A stretch of 64,000 nt of DNA from an uncultured Pelagibacteraceae bacterium (GTDB lineage Bacteria > Pseudomonadota > Alphaproteobacteria > Pelagibacterales > Pelagibacteraceae): contig CACETY010000003.1 in the NCBI GenBank assembly GCA_902562645.1, positions 17,569 to 81,568 on the forward strand, in the 5' to 3' direction. The stretch's first letter is position 1. Every line of letters begins with the position of its first letter. A program made the translations under genes and the position numbers. The notes below the pieces were generated by a model, which worked only from the letters and a program-made list of their open reading frames with translations, was not told the origin of the DNA and ran no database searches. Below are positions 50,050-58,662 of the stretch, piece after piece.

Positions 50050-50892
50050 ATGATAATAAAATTAATAAAAAAGATAGTTAAAAATTTGTTTAATCCACAT
50101 AAAATACTTTTGAAAATATTTGATAAATTTAACTATTATTTAAAATTAAAACAATACAAACAAGAAATATTTGAAAAAGAACAAAATATTATTTTTACTT
50201 CTTTGGGTTTAGATAGAAAAAAGGGCATAAAAAACTTAATCAACATAAAAAAAGATTTAAGTACTTATTTAGAAATTGAAAGAAGCATGAGCTCAGAGCA
50301 TGAGGTTTTATTTTCATCTTTATCACTTATAAAAAATAAGACAAAAATCGATATATTAGAAATTGGAACCTATGATGGTTTTAATTCTATACTACTGTCG
50401 AAACTTTTTCCTTACTCTAATATTGAAACAATAGATTTACCTGACAATGACAAGAAATTTAAAAATTATTATAATAGAAAGGACAAAGAAAATGAATTTG
50501 TCTTTAACAGAAACAAAATTTTATCAAAAAAAAAAAATATTAAATTTAGAGAACTCAACTCATTAAACTTACTTAAATTTAAGAAGAATTATGATTTAAT
50601 ATGGATTGACGGAGCTCACGGGTATCCAGTAGTTTGTATAGATATTATTAATTCACTTAATATTTTAAAAGATAACGGATTAATTTTATGTGATGATGTT
50701 CATATTAATCTTAATGTGAAAGACTCAGATCATATGTATAATTCTATTGCATCTTACGAAACAATAAAGGAACTCAAAGAGCAAAATTTAATAGATTTTA
50801 AGTTAGCTTATAAGAGAATAAATCCTGAACATAATTGCATAAAAAACAAAAGAAAATACATTGCAATTGTAAATAAAATTTATGCTAAATAA
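50050..50892 (+). CDS. Class I SAM-dependent methyltransferase (Methyltransf_24-like)
   Basis: ILEIGTYDG, DLIWIDGAH, LILCDD. Confidence 0.8.
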   Translation: MIIKLIKKIVKNLFNPHKILLKIFDKFNYYLKLKQYKQEIFEKEQNIIFTSLGLDRKKGIKNLINIKKDLSTYLEIERSMSSEHEVLFSSLSLIKNKTKIDILEIGTYDGFNSILLSKLFPYSNIETIDLPDNDKKFKNYYNRKDKENEFVFNRNKILSKKKNIKFRELNSLNLLKFKKNYDLIWIDGAHGYPVVCIDIINSLNILKDNGLILCDDVHINLNVKDSDHMYNSIASYETIKELKEQNLIDFKLAYKRINPEHNCIKNKRKYIAIVNKIYAK

Positions 50893-51150
50893 GGGGCGTT
50901 CTGTTGCCAGGTGCCCCGAACCCCGTAACTTAATTAAAAAATTAATTAAGCTGCAAGTGCATAACTTTCGTTAGCATTTATAATTTAGCCCATTACGGCG
51001 GAACAATACCGAACGAAAGAATAACTTTTAGACATCCGTCGATCCTAATTCACCCCCATAAGTTGAAAATGGTGGAGGTGGTGGGTACTGCCCCCACGTC
51101 CGTAATGGTTATTGCGAAACTCGTTTATCGTCATAGTTGGAAAACCAACA
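50893..51150 (-). ncRNA. ssrA: Two-piece (circularly permuted) tmRNA; tag (A)ANESYALAA
   Basis: Minus strand: acceptor piece ending CCTCCACCA at 51070, 12-nt intervening segment, coding piece starting GGGGGTGAA at 51057, tag ORF 50975-50946; divergent from thyX. Outer ends approximate. Confidence 0.93.
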
Positions 51151-51193
51151 TAAATAATATAAAACCAAATCCAGAGGATTCAACATATTATTC

Positions 51194-52141
51194 ATGAAGT
51201 TAACAAAAGAGCAAATAAAAGAGATAAAAGACCTTCAATCTCAAGAGAATGTTACTAAGAGAGTGATAGCTCCAGAATTAGAAAAAGTTTTATACGAAGC
51301 AATACCTGTTTTAGATCATGGCTTTATAAGAGTGATTGATTATATGGGAGACGATACTTCCGTGGTTCAGTCTGCACGAGTTTCATATGGCAAAGGAACA
51401 AAACAAGTTTCCACAGACTCAGGATTAATAAAATACTTAATGAGACATTGGCACAGTACACCTTTTGAGATGTGTGAAATTAAATATCACGTTAAACTTC
51501 CTATATTTATTGCAAGACAGTGGATTAGGCATAGGACTGCTAATGTAAATGAGTATTCTGCAAGATATTCAATTTTAGACAAAGAATTTTATTTACCTCA
51601 ATCTCAACATTTGGCTGCTCAATCTTTAAACAATAGACAAGGAAGAGGGAGTATTTTAACAGGTGAGAAAGCAAAACAAGTTTTGGAACTTCTTAAAAGT
51701 GACGCAGAACAAACTTACTCTAACTATGAAAAAATGTTAAATCAAACTTATGAAGGAAATATTATTGATGAGAAAGCCACAGGTCTTGCGAGAGAATTAG
51801 CTAGAATGAACCTTACATTAAATACATATACCCAGTGGTATTGGAAAACAGATTTACTAAATTTGATGAATTTTTTGAGACTTAGAGCAGATCAACATGC
51901 TCAATATGAAATTAGAGCATATGCAGATGTGATGATGGATACTTTAAAAAAATGGGTTCCAATAACTTATGAAGCATTTTTAGATTATAGAGTAGGTGGA
52001 ACTGAGGTTTCTAAAAAAGGAAAGTCAGTCATCAAAAAATTGATTAAAGGTGAAGAAATAAATTTAGAAAACTCTGGACTTTCAAAAAGAGAGTGGAATG
52101 AGCTAATGGATGCATTTGATCAAAAGGATAAAATAATCTAA
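51194..52141 (+). CDS. thyX: FAD-dependent thymidylate synthase
   Basis: HWHSTPFE and [19 protein letters not shown] ThyX motif. Confidence 0.97.
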   Translation: MKLTKEQIKEIKDLQSQENVTKRVIAPELEKVLYEAIPVLDHGFIRVIDYMGDDTSVVQSARVSYGKGTKQVSTDSGLIKYLMRHWHSTPFEMCEIKYHVKLPIFIARQWIRHRTANVNEYSARYSILDKEFYLPQSQHLAAQSLNNRQGRGSILTGEKAKQVLELLKSDAEQTYSNYEKMLNQTYEGNIIDEKATGLARELARMNLTLNTYTQWYWKTDLLNLMNFLRLRADQHAQYEIRAYADVMMDTLKKWVPITYEAFLDYRVGGTEVSKKGKSVIKKLIKGEEINLENSGLSKREWNELMDAFDQKDKII

Positions 52142-52152
52142 TATCATATACC

Positions 52153-52536
52153 ATGTACGATCAAAAATTACCTTCCAATCGAAGCTTTGGTTTACTTTTC
52201 TTTTTTGTCTTTATCATAATTGGTTTATGGCCGATTATTAATTCTGAAAGTATAAGAATTTGGTCAGTTATTATATCCTTAATATTTTTTATTTTAGGAA
52301 TATTTAACGCAAAAATTCTAACACCTTTAAATAAAGTATGGATGAGTTTTGGAAAACTTTTAGGAAATTTTGTATCTCCAATAGTCATGGGTATTATTTT
52401 TTTTGGTGTTGTTACACCTACTGGATTAATATTAAAACTTTTTAGTAAAGATATATTAAATTTAAAAAAAAATAAAAATGATACTTATTGGTTAAAAAAA
52501 GATAATTCGAATAACAATATGAAAAACCAATTTTGA
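52153..52536 (+). CDS. SxtJ family membrane protein
   Basis: PSNRSFG start, TM segments, PLNKVWMSFG, VVTPTG, YW, C-terminal KNQF. Confidence 0.85.
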   Translation: MYDQKLPSNRSFGLLFFFVFIIIGLWPIINSESIRIWSVIISLIFFILGIFNAKILTPLNKVWMSFGKLLGNFVSPIVMGIIFFGVVTPTGLILKLFSKDILNLKKNKNDTYWLKKDNSNNNMKNQF

Positions 52537-52537
52537 T

Positions 52538-52687
52538 ATGAGTTTTATAATTGAATTTTGGAATTTTTTAAAAGTAAGGAAAAAATACTGGCTTTTACCA
52601 ATAATAATAGTTTTGGTTTTGTTTGGAGGGTTAATTGTTTTAAGTCAAGGTTCAGCAGTTGCTCCATTTATTTACACAATATTTTAG
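52538..52687 (+). CDS. DUF5989/SxtK-like 49-aa membrane peptide (not in the ORF track)
   Basis: Translated by hand: MSFIIEFWNFLKVRKKYWLLPIIIVLVLFGGLIVLSQGSAVAPFIYTIF*; fills the gap between the SxtJ and carbamoyltransferase genes. Confidence 0.9.
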   Translation: MSFIIEFWNFLKVRKKYWLLPIIIVLVLFGGLIVLSQGSAVAPFIYTIF

Positions 52688-52690
52688 AAA

Positions 52691-54529
52691 TTGACTTCTG
52701 TACTTGGAATTTCCGCATTTTATCACGATAGTGCAGCAAGTATTATAATTGATGGAAAAATAATAGCTGCTGCACAAGAAGAGAGATTTTCAAGACTTAA
52801 ACACGACTCTAGTTATCCGAAAAATGCAGTAAACTTTGTTTTAAGTTATGCTAATTTAACATTATCAGATGTTGATAGTGTTGTATTTTTTGAAAAACCA
52901 TTTTTAAAATTTGAAAGATTATTAGAGACTTATGTTGCATTTGCACCAAAAGGATTTTCTCAATTTACTAAAGCTATGCCAACTTGGCTTAAAGATAAGC
53001 TTTTTCAAAAAAATCAACTAATTAAATACCTTAAAGCTCATGATAAAAATTTTATTGATGAAAATAAATTATTTTTTTCCGAACACCATTTAAGTCATGC
53101 TGCTAGTGCATTTTACCCATCGCCATTTAATGAAGCAATAGTGTTAACCTCAGATGGTGTAGGAGAGTGGGCAACTACAACTGTAGCAATAGGAAATGGC
53201 AAAGATCTCGAAATTAAAAAAGAAATTCATTTTCCTCACTCATTAGGTTTACTTTATTCAGCCTTTACTTATTATACTGGATTTAAAGTCAATAGTGGTG
53301 AATACAAATTAATGGGTTTAGCTCCTTATGGAGAACCAAGGTATTATCAAAAAATTAAGGATAATTTAATTGATATAAAAAAAGATGGATCTTTTAAACT
53401 CGATCAAAGTTATTTTGATTATGCAACAGGACTAAGAATGACAAATTCTAAATTCAACAGTCTTTTTGGTCAAAAGCAGAGAGATTCTAAAAGTGAAAGA
53501 TTAACCCAATTTCATATGGATATTGCAGCATCAATCCAAAAATTAACAGAGGAAATTATGATCAAGATGGCAAAATCATTAAGAGAAGAGTATCAAATTA
53601 AAAATTTATGTATGGCAGGAGGGGTGGCGTTAAACTGTGTTGCAAATGGAAAAATTCTAGACGAAAAAATTTTTGAAAATATTTGGGTTCAGCCTGCTGC
53701 TGGAGATGCTGGAGGTTCACTTGGAGCATCACTAGCTTATTGGCATTTACACTTAAATAAAAATAGAGAAGTTAACATTAATGATAGCATGAAAGGCTCT
53801 TACCTAGGCCAAGAATTTGATGATAAAACTGTATCAGAAAAATTAAATAAAATTGGCGCAAAGTTCAAAATTTTAGAGGAAAGTGAAATTTATGAAAAAA
53901 CCACAGATAGCTTAATTAATGGAGATGCAGTTGGCTGGTTTCAAGGCAGAACGGAGTTTGGACCAAGAGCATTAGGAGCAAGATCAATACTTGGTGACCC
54001 AAGATCAGAAAATATGCAAAAAAATTTAAATTTAAAAGTTAAATATAGAGAAAGTTTTAGACCTTTTGCTCCATCAATTTTAGAAGAAGATAAAGAGGAA
54101 TGGTTTAATATAAATACATCAAGTCCATATATGCTTATGGTAGCCGGCGTTCATGATTCAAAAACAATGCAAATGTCTAATGAAGAAAAAAAATTATTTG
54201 GTATTGATAAATTGAATATTAAAAGATCAAATATTCCAGCTGTTACACACGTAGACTATTCAGCAAGAATTCAAACTGTTAGTAAGAAAACTAATTCTAA
54301 ATACTACAATTTAATTTCAAAGTTTAAAGAAAAAACAGGATGTCCAGTTTTAATAAATACATCTTTTAATGTACGAGGTGAGCCTATAGTTAATACTCCA
54401 GAAGAAGCTTTTAATTGTTTTATGGGAACAGAATTGGATACTTTAGTCATAGGTAACTGTTTTCTAAATAAAAAAGACCAGGATTCATACTTAAAAAAAG
54501 ATTATAAAAATAAATTTGAATTGGATTAA
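52691..54529 (+). CDS. NodU/CmcH/SxtI family O-carbamoyltransferase
   Basis: YHDSAA, EERFSR, EHHLSHAASA, DGVGE, EYKLMGLAPYG, GGVALN, EFGPRALG, KYRESFRPFAP, NTSFN. Confidence 0.95.
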   Translation: MTSVLGISAFYHDSAASIIIDGKIIAAAQEERFSRLKHDSSYPKNAVNFVLSYANLTLSDVDSVVFFEKPFLKFERLLETYVAFAPKGFSQFTKAMPTWLKDKLFQKNQLIKYLKAHDKNFIDENKLFFSEHHLSHAASAFYPSPFNEAIVLTSDGVGEWATTTVAIGNGKDLEIKKEIHFPHSLGLLYSAFTYYTGFKVNSGEYKLMGLAPYGEPRYYQKIKDNLIDIKKDGSFKLDQSYFDYATGLRMTNSKFNSLFGQKQRDSKSERLTQFHMDIAASIQKLTEEIMIKMAKSLREEYQIKNLCMAGGVALNCVANGKILDEKIFENIWVQPAAGDAGGSLGASLAYWHLHLNKNREVNINDSMKGSYLGQEFDDKTVSEKLNKIGAKFKILEESEIYEKTTDSLINGDAVGWFQGRTEFGPRALGARSILGDPRSENMQKNLNLKVKYRESFRPFAPSILEEDKEEWFNINTSSPYMLMVAGVHDSKTMQMSNEEKKLFGIDKLNIKRSNIPAVTHVDYSARIQTVSKKTNSKYYNLISKFKEKTGCPVLINTSFNVRGEPIVNTPEEAFNCFMGTELDTLVIGNCFLNKKDQDSYLKKDYKNKFELD

Positions 54530-54549
54530 TTCAAAAGTAATTTTAAAAA

Positions 54550-55620
54550 ATGATCGAATTAAATGTTTATAAAAAATTTAAAATATTGATCATAAATTTA
54601 TTTTTATTTTTAATTTTTTTTGTTTTAATCGATTTAACCCTGGGCTTTTTTTATGGTAACATACAATTCAGCCACTTTTTAAATAGCAAAAGAATAGTTA
54701 ACAAAAACATTACATATGAATTAGATGAAAAAAAAATCAGTTTAAATTATCAAAGAGATTATTATGGTTTCCGCAATGATAGCGATTTTAAAAAATACGA
54801 TCTCAAAGATGTGAAAATAATTTTAACAGGTGGAAGTACGTCAGATGAATTAATACTTCCTTATGAAAAAACAATTGTAGGCCAACTTAACTCATATTTT
54901 TTGAAAGATGAAACAAATCATAAAATATTCAATGCCTCTGAAAGCGGAAAATCTCTAAGAGGCATTTTTCATGATTTTGATAAATGGTTTGGAAAATTAG
55001 ATGCTTTTAATCCAGATTATATGATATTTTACATTGGGATAAATGAGAGAGATATAAGATATGTAAAATATCAAAAAGAAGATGAAGTGAAGCCAACATT
55101 TAAACAGCTGATTAAACACAATAGTTTTTTTTTTCAAAAAAAAAGATTTTATGAAAGGCTTAAATTTATCAAAGAAGATAATGAAATATTTGAAGCAAAA
55201 AATTTAGGAGGTTACTTCGTAGATAATGAAAATATTAAGAAAAAAATAAGAACTTCTAAGGTCATTAGTTACAAAACAGCTAAAAAAAAATATATATTAA
55301 ATAAAAAAGATAAAGAAGTTTTAAATGCTTTTTCTTTCAATCTAAATTTATTAAAACAAGTACTTAAAAAAAAAAAAATTCAACCAATATTTATTTCCCA
55401 AATTGATTATAGAGTAAATGGAAATAAAACTCTATTTTTTATAAACGAAAAACTTGAAGAATTCTGTATAGAAAATAAATTTCACATAATATCTCTAAAT
55501 AAAATTATAGATGAAACTAATATAGGAAATTATTTTGTTGATTATATTCACACTAATGCAGATGGATCAGAATTCATTGCAAAAAAAATATATCCTGAGT
55601 TAAACAAAATATTAAATTAA
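54550..55620 (+). CDS. Membrane-anchored SGNH/GDSL family protein
   Basis: N-terminal TM; block I GGSTS, block II NASESG, block III GINE, block V DYIH. Confidence 0.8.
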   Translation: MIELNVYKKFKILIINLFLFLIFFVLIDLTLGFFYGNIQFSHFLNSKRIVNKNITYELDEKKISLNYQRDYYGFRNDSDFKKYDLKDVKIILTGGSTSDELILPYEKTIVGQLNSYFLKDETNHKIFNASESGKSLRGIFHDFDKWFGKLDAFNPDYMIFYIGINERDIRYVKYQKEDEVKPTFKQLIKHNSFFFQKKRFYERLKFIKEDNEIFEAKNLGGYFVDNENIKKKIRTSKVISYKTAKKKYILNKKDKEVLNAFSFNLNLLKQVLKKKKIQPIFISQIDYRVNGNKTLFFINEKLEEFCIENKFHIISLNKIIDETNIGNYFVDYIHTNADGSEFIAKKIYPELNKILN

Positions 55621-55623
55621 TTT

Positions 55624-56448
55624 TTAAAGATAAATATTTTTTAATATTTTTGCAAAATCTAAATATATTTTTGATATTTCATGAGTAATATCATCTTCAA
55701 CTATTGGTTTACCTAAATCGCCAGCTTTACCGACTTTTGGATCAATAGGTATCTTGCCTAAAAATTTTTTTTTAAACTCTTCTGCTGTTCTTTCCACTCC
55801 ACCTTCGCCAAAAATTGGATATTTTTTTCCATCATCACCAATAAAATAACTCATATTATCTACTAAGCCGACAATATTTACTTTTAACTTGTCAAACATT
55901 CTAATTCCTCGTTTAACATCCTGAAGAGCAATTTCCTGAGGTGTTGATATGATAATTGCTCCATCCATATTTATACCTTGAGCAAAGGTTAGTTGAGTAT
56001 CCCCAGTTCCTGGAGGCATATCAACGATTATAAAATCTAGATCTTTCCACGCTACTTTTTGTGTAAATGTCTTTATTGCGGAAGTAACCATTGGACCTCT
56101 CCATATCATTGGTGTTTGTTCATCTGTTAAAAACCCTATAGACATGCACTGTATTTCATACTTGACAATTGGTTTTAACATTTGTCCATCACTATCTGGC
56201 TTTTCGTTAATAGCGAATAGTTTTGGCAAAGAAGGTCCGTAAATATCTGCATCTAAAATTCCTACTTTGCATCCAACTTTTTTTAACGCTAAAGCTAAAT
56301 TTGTGGCAAAAGTAGATTTTCCAACACCACCTTTTGCACTGGATATTGCAATTGTAAATTTAGTTCCTAGAATTGGGTTTCTTTTGAAGGTTTTTGGCTC
56401 AGTTTTTGACTTCATTGTGTCACTTAGACCTACTTTTTTATCGCTCAT
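55624..56448 (-). CDS. mrp: Mrp/ApbC (NBP35) family P-loop ATPase
   Basis: SAKGGVGKST, DADIYGPS, WRGPM, DMPPGTGD. Confidence 0.93.
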   Translation of the reverse strand: MSDKKVGLSDTMKSKTEPKTFKRNPILGTKFTIAISSAKGGVGKSTFATNLALALKKVGCKVGILDADIYGPSLPKLFAINEKPDSDGQMLKPIVKYEIQCMSIGFLTDEQTPMIWRGPMVTSAIKTFTQKVAWKDLDFIIVDMPPGTGDTQLTFAQGINMDGAIIISTPQEIALQDVKRGIRMFDKLKVNIVGLVDNMSYFIGDDGKKYPIFGEGGVERTAEEFKKKFLGKIPIDPKVGKAGDLGKPIVEDDITHEISKIYLDFAKILKNIYL

Positions 56449-56462
56449 AAAAATACACTTAC

Positions 56463-56490
56463 CTTGTTTTTGAGCATAAAGACACTATAT
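56463..56490 (+). promoter_or_regulatory. Putative RpoH-type promoter of hflK
   Basis: CTTGTT-N15-ACTATAT resembles the alphaproteobacterial RpoH consensus (CTTG...CYTATNT). Confidence 0.4.
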
Positions 56491-56501
56491 AGAATGTCAT
56501 A

Positions 56502-57599
56502 ATGACCATTTATAAAAATCAGAGCCCATGGGGAAGCCCTCCAGGAAGTGGAGGAAGCGGTAACGGTGGAGGTTTCAGAAGAGGCCCAACTCCCCCTAAT
56601 ATGGATGAGGCAATTAAAAAATTACAAGATACGATCAATAAATTTACGGGAAGTGGCGCAGGGGGAAAAAAGCCAATAATATTTGGATTGATAATATTAG
56701 TAGTTATTTGGGCATTAAGTGGTTTATATAGAGTTTTACCTGATGAGCAGGGTGTAGTATTAAGATTTGGCAAGTTTGTGAATACTACTCAGCCAGGATT
56801 AAATTATCATTTTCCATTCCCAATTGAGAGCGTGTTAACTCCAAAAGTTACAAAAGTGAACAGAATGGATATCGGTTTTAGATCAGAGAGAGACAGTGGA
56901 TTTGGTCAAGGTGGAGGAGTTGCTGATGTTCCAGAAGAAAGCTTAATGTTAACAGGTGATGAAAATATTGTTAACATAGACTTTTCAGTATTTTGGGTAA
57001 TAAAAGATGCTGGTAATTTTCTTTTCAAAATCCAAGATCCAGAAGGCACAGTAAAAGCAGCTGCAGAAACTGCGATGAGAGAAGTAATTGCTAGATCAGA
57101 CATTCAACCAATTCTGACTGAAGGAAGAGCAGTGATAGAAAGAGATACTCAAGAGATTATTCAAGGAATACTTGATGAATATGAAAGTGGAGTACAAATA
57201 ACACAAGTGCAAACTCAAAAAGCTGACCCACCAGACCAGGTTATTGATGCATTTAGAGATGTACAAGCTGCGAGAGCTGATATGGAAAGATCGAAAAACG
57301 AAGCAGAGGCTTATGCTAACGATGTAATACCAAGAGCTCGAGGAGAAGCTGCAAAAATTTTACAAGCTGCTGAGGCTTATAAAAAAGAAGTTGTTGCTAA
57401 GGCAGAAGGGGAAGCCAGTAGGTTTTTATCAATTTATACTGAATACGCAAAAGCAAAAGAGGTAACTCAGGAGAGAATGTATTTAGAAACAATGGAACAA
57501 GTCCTTGCAGATATAAATAAGATTATTATCGACAAAGACTCTGGGTCTGGTGTAGTGCCATATCTTCCATTACAAGAATTAAAATCGGGGTCAAATTAA
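56502..57599 (+). CDS. hflK: FtsH protease modulator HflK
   Basis: Gly-rich SPWG N-terminus, SPFH domain, MLTGDENIV, AFRDVQAA. Confidence 0.97.
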   Translation: MTIYKNQSPWGSPPGSGGSGNGGGFRRGPTPPNMDEAIKKLQDTINKFTGSGAGGKKPIIFGLIILVVIWALSGLYRVLPDEQGVVLRFGKFVNTTQPGLNYHFPFPIESVLTPKVTKVNRMDIGFRSERDSGFGQGGGVADVPEESLMLTGDENIVNIDFSVFWVIKDAGNFLFKIQDPEGTVKAAAETAMREVIARSDIQPILTEGRAVIERDTQEIIQGILDEYESGVQITQVQTQKADPPDQVIDAFRDVQAARADMERSKNEAEAYANDVIPRARGEAAKILQAAEAYKKEVVAKAEGEASRFLSIYTEYAKAKEVTQERMYLETMEQVLADINKIIIDKDSGSGVVPYLPLQELKSGSN

Positions 57600-58459
57600 T
57601 GAAAGCTGGAAAATTTATACTTCCTATAATTATCCTGATAGCTGCAACGCTATTTTTTTCAATATTTATAGTTAAAGAGGTAAATCAAGCTATTGTTCTT
57701 CAATTTGGAGACCCAAAAAGAATAATTTTAAAGCCAGGTTTAAACTTTAAACTACCTTTTATTCAAAACGTAGTTTTCTTAGATAAAAGAGTTTTAAATT
57801 TAGATACTCCACCCGAAGAGGTTATTGCATCTGATCAAAAACGTCTAATAGTTGATGCATTTGCAAGATTTCAGATAGTCGATCCGTTAAAATTTTATAT
57901 CTCTGTAGGTAATGAAAGAGTTGCTAGATCAAGATTAGCAACAATAATAAATTCAAGAATAAGAAATGTTTTAGGACAACAAAAATTGCAAACATTACTT
58001 TCTGAAGATAGATCAAAACAAATGGCATTAATTCAACAAGGTGTAAATAATGAAGCAGAAAACTTTGGAATTAAAATAGTTGATGTAAGAATAAAAAGAG
58101 CAGACCTACCCCAAGCTAACAGTGATGCAATTTTTAGAAGAATGCAAACTGAGAGAGAAAGAGAAGCTAAAGAATTTAGAGCAAAAGGTGCTGAGATGGC
58201 AGTTACAATAACATCCACTGCAGATAAAGAGGTTACTGTTATTCTAGCAGATGCCCAAAAAAAATCTGAAATAATGAAAGGTGAAGGAGACGGTCTAAAA
58301 AATAAAATTTTTGCAGATGCATTTGGACAAGATCCTGAGTTTTTTGGATTTTATCGAGCGATGCAGGCTTATCAGAAAGCTTTAATTGGAGGAGAAACAT
58401 CTATGATTTTATCTCCTGACAGTGAGTTTTTTAAATTTTTTGGAAATAAAGAAAATTAA
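57599..58459 (+). CDS. hflC: FtsH protease modulator HflC
   Basis: PGLNFKLPF, DVRIKRADLP, DPEFFGFYRAMQAY. Confidence 0.97.
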   Translation: MKAGKFILPIIILIAATLFFSIFIVKEVNQAIVLQFGDPKRIILKPGLNFKLPFIQNVVFLDKRVLNLDTPPEEVIASDQKRLIVDAFARFQIVDPLKFYISVGNERVARSRLATIINSRIRNVLGQQKLQTLLSEDRSKQMALIQQGVNNEAENFGIKIVDVRIKRADLPQANSDAIFRRMQTEREREAKEFRAKGAEMAVTITSTADKEVTVILADAQKKSEIMKGEGDGLKNKIFADAFGQDPEFFGFYRAMQAYQKALIGGETSMILSPDSEFFKFFGNKEN

Positions 58460-58476
58460 ATTAAAAATAATTTAAA

Positions 58477-58662
58477 ATGAGAGAATTGATCATAGCTTTT
58501 GGTCTTTTCCTATTTATCGAAGGTGTTTTATATGCCTTATTTCCATCAAAAATGAAAAATATGTTAAAAAAACTTGATGCTGTAGCTGATAAACAATTGA
58601 GAGCAGGTGGATTAATGTTTGCAATTATAGGATTTATAATTATTTGGTATTCAAAGTCATGA
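58477..58662 (+). CDS. DUF2065 family membrane protein
   Basis: GLFLFIEGVLYALFP...LRAGGL; usual position after hflC. Confidence 0.88.
   Translation: MRELIIAFGLFLFIEGVLYALFPSKMKNMLKKLDAVADKQLRAGGLMFAIIGFIIIWYSKS

Larger units (their letters stand above)
45451..50892. other. Accessory genomic islet between the tRNA-Leu and tmRNA 3' ends (surface glycan modification)
   Basis: Visibly more AT-rich than its flanks, non-core genes, bounded by two convergent RNA genes; no integrase or att repeat seen. Confidence 0.75.

Noticed and set aside
45451-50892. Prophage or integrative element at tRNA-Leu/tmRNA
   Set aside because: No integrase, phage genes or duplicated tRNA/tmRNA 3' fragment found by eye.
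50928-50951. AT-rich inverted repeat CTTAATTAA...TTAATTAAG as a terminator or mobile-element end
   Set aside because: It lies inside the tmRNA coding piece and is the hairpin covering the tag stop codon.
52153-54529. Saxitoxin biosynthesis suggested by sxtI/J/K-like genes
   Set aside because: No sxtA, sxtG or other core toxin genes are in the window; the trio is widespread and here accompanies an SGNH protein, which fits surface modification.
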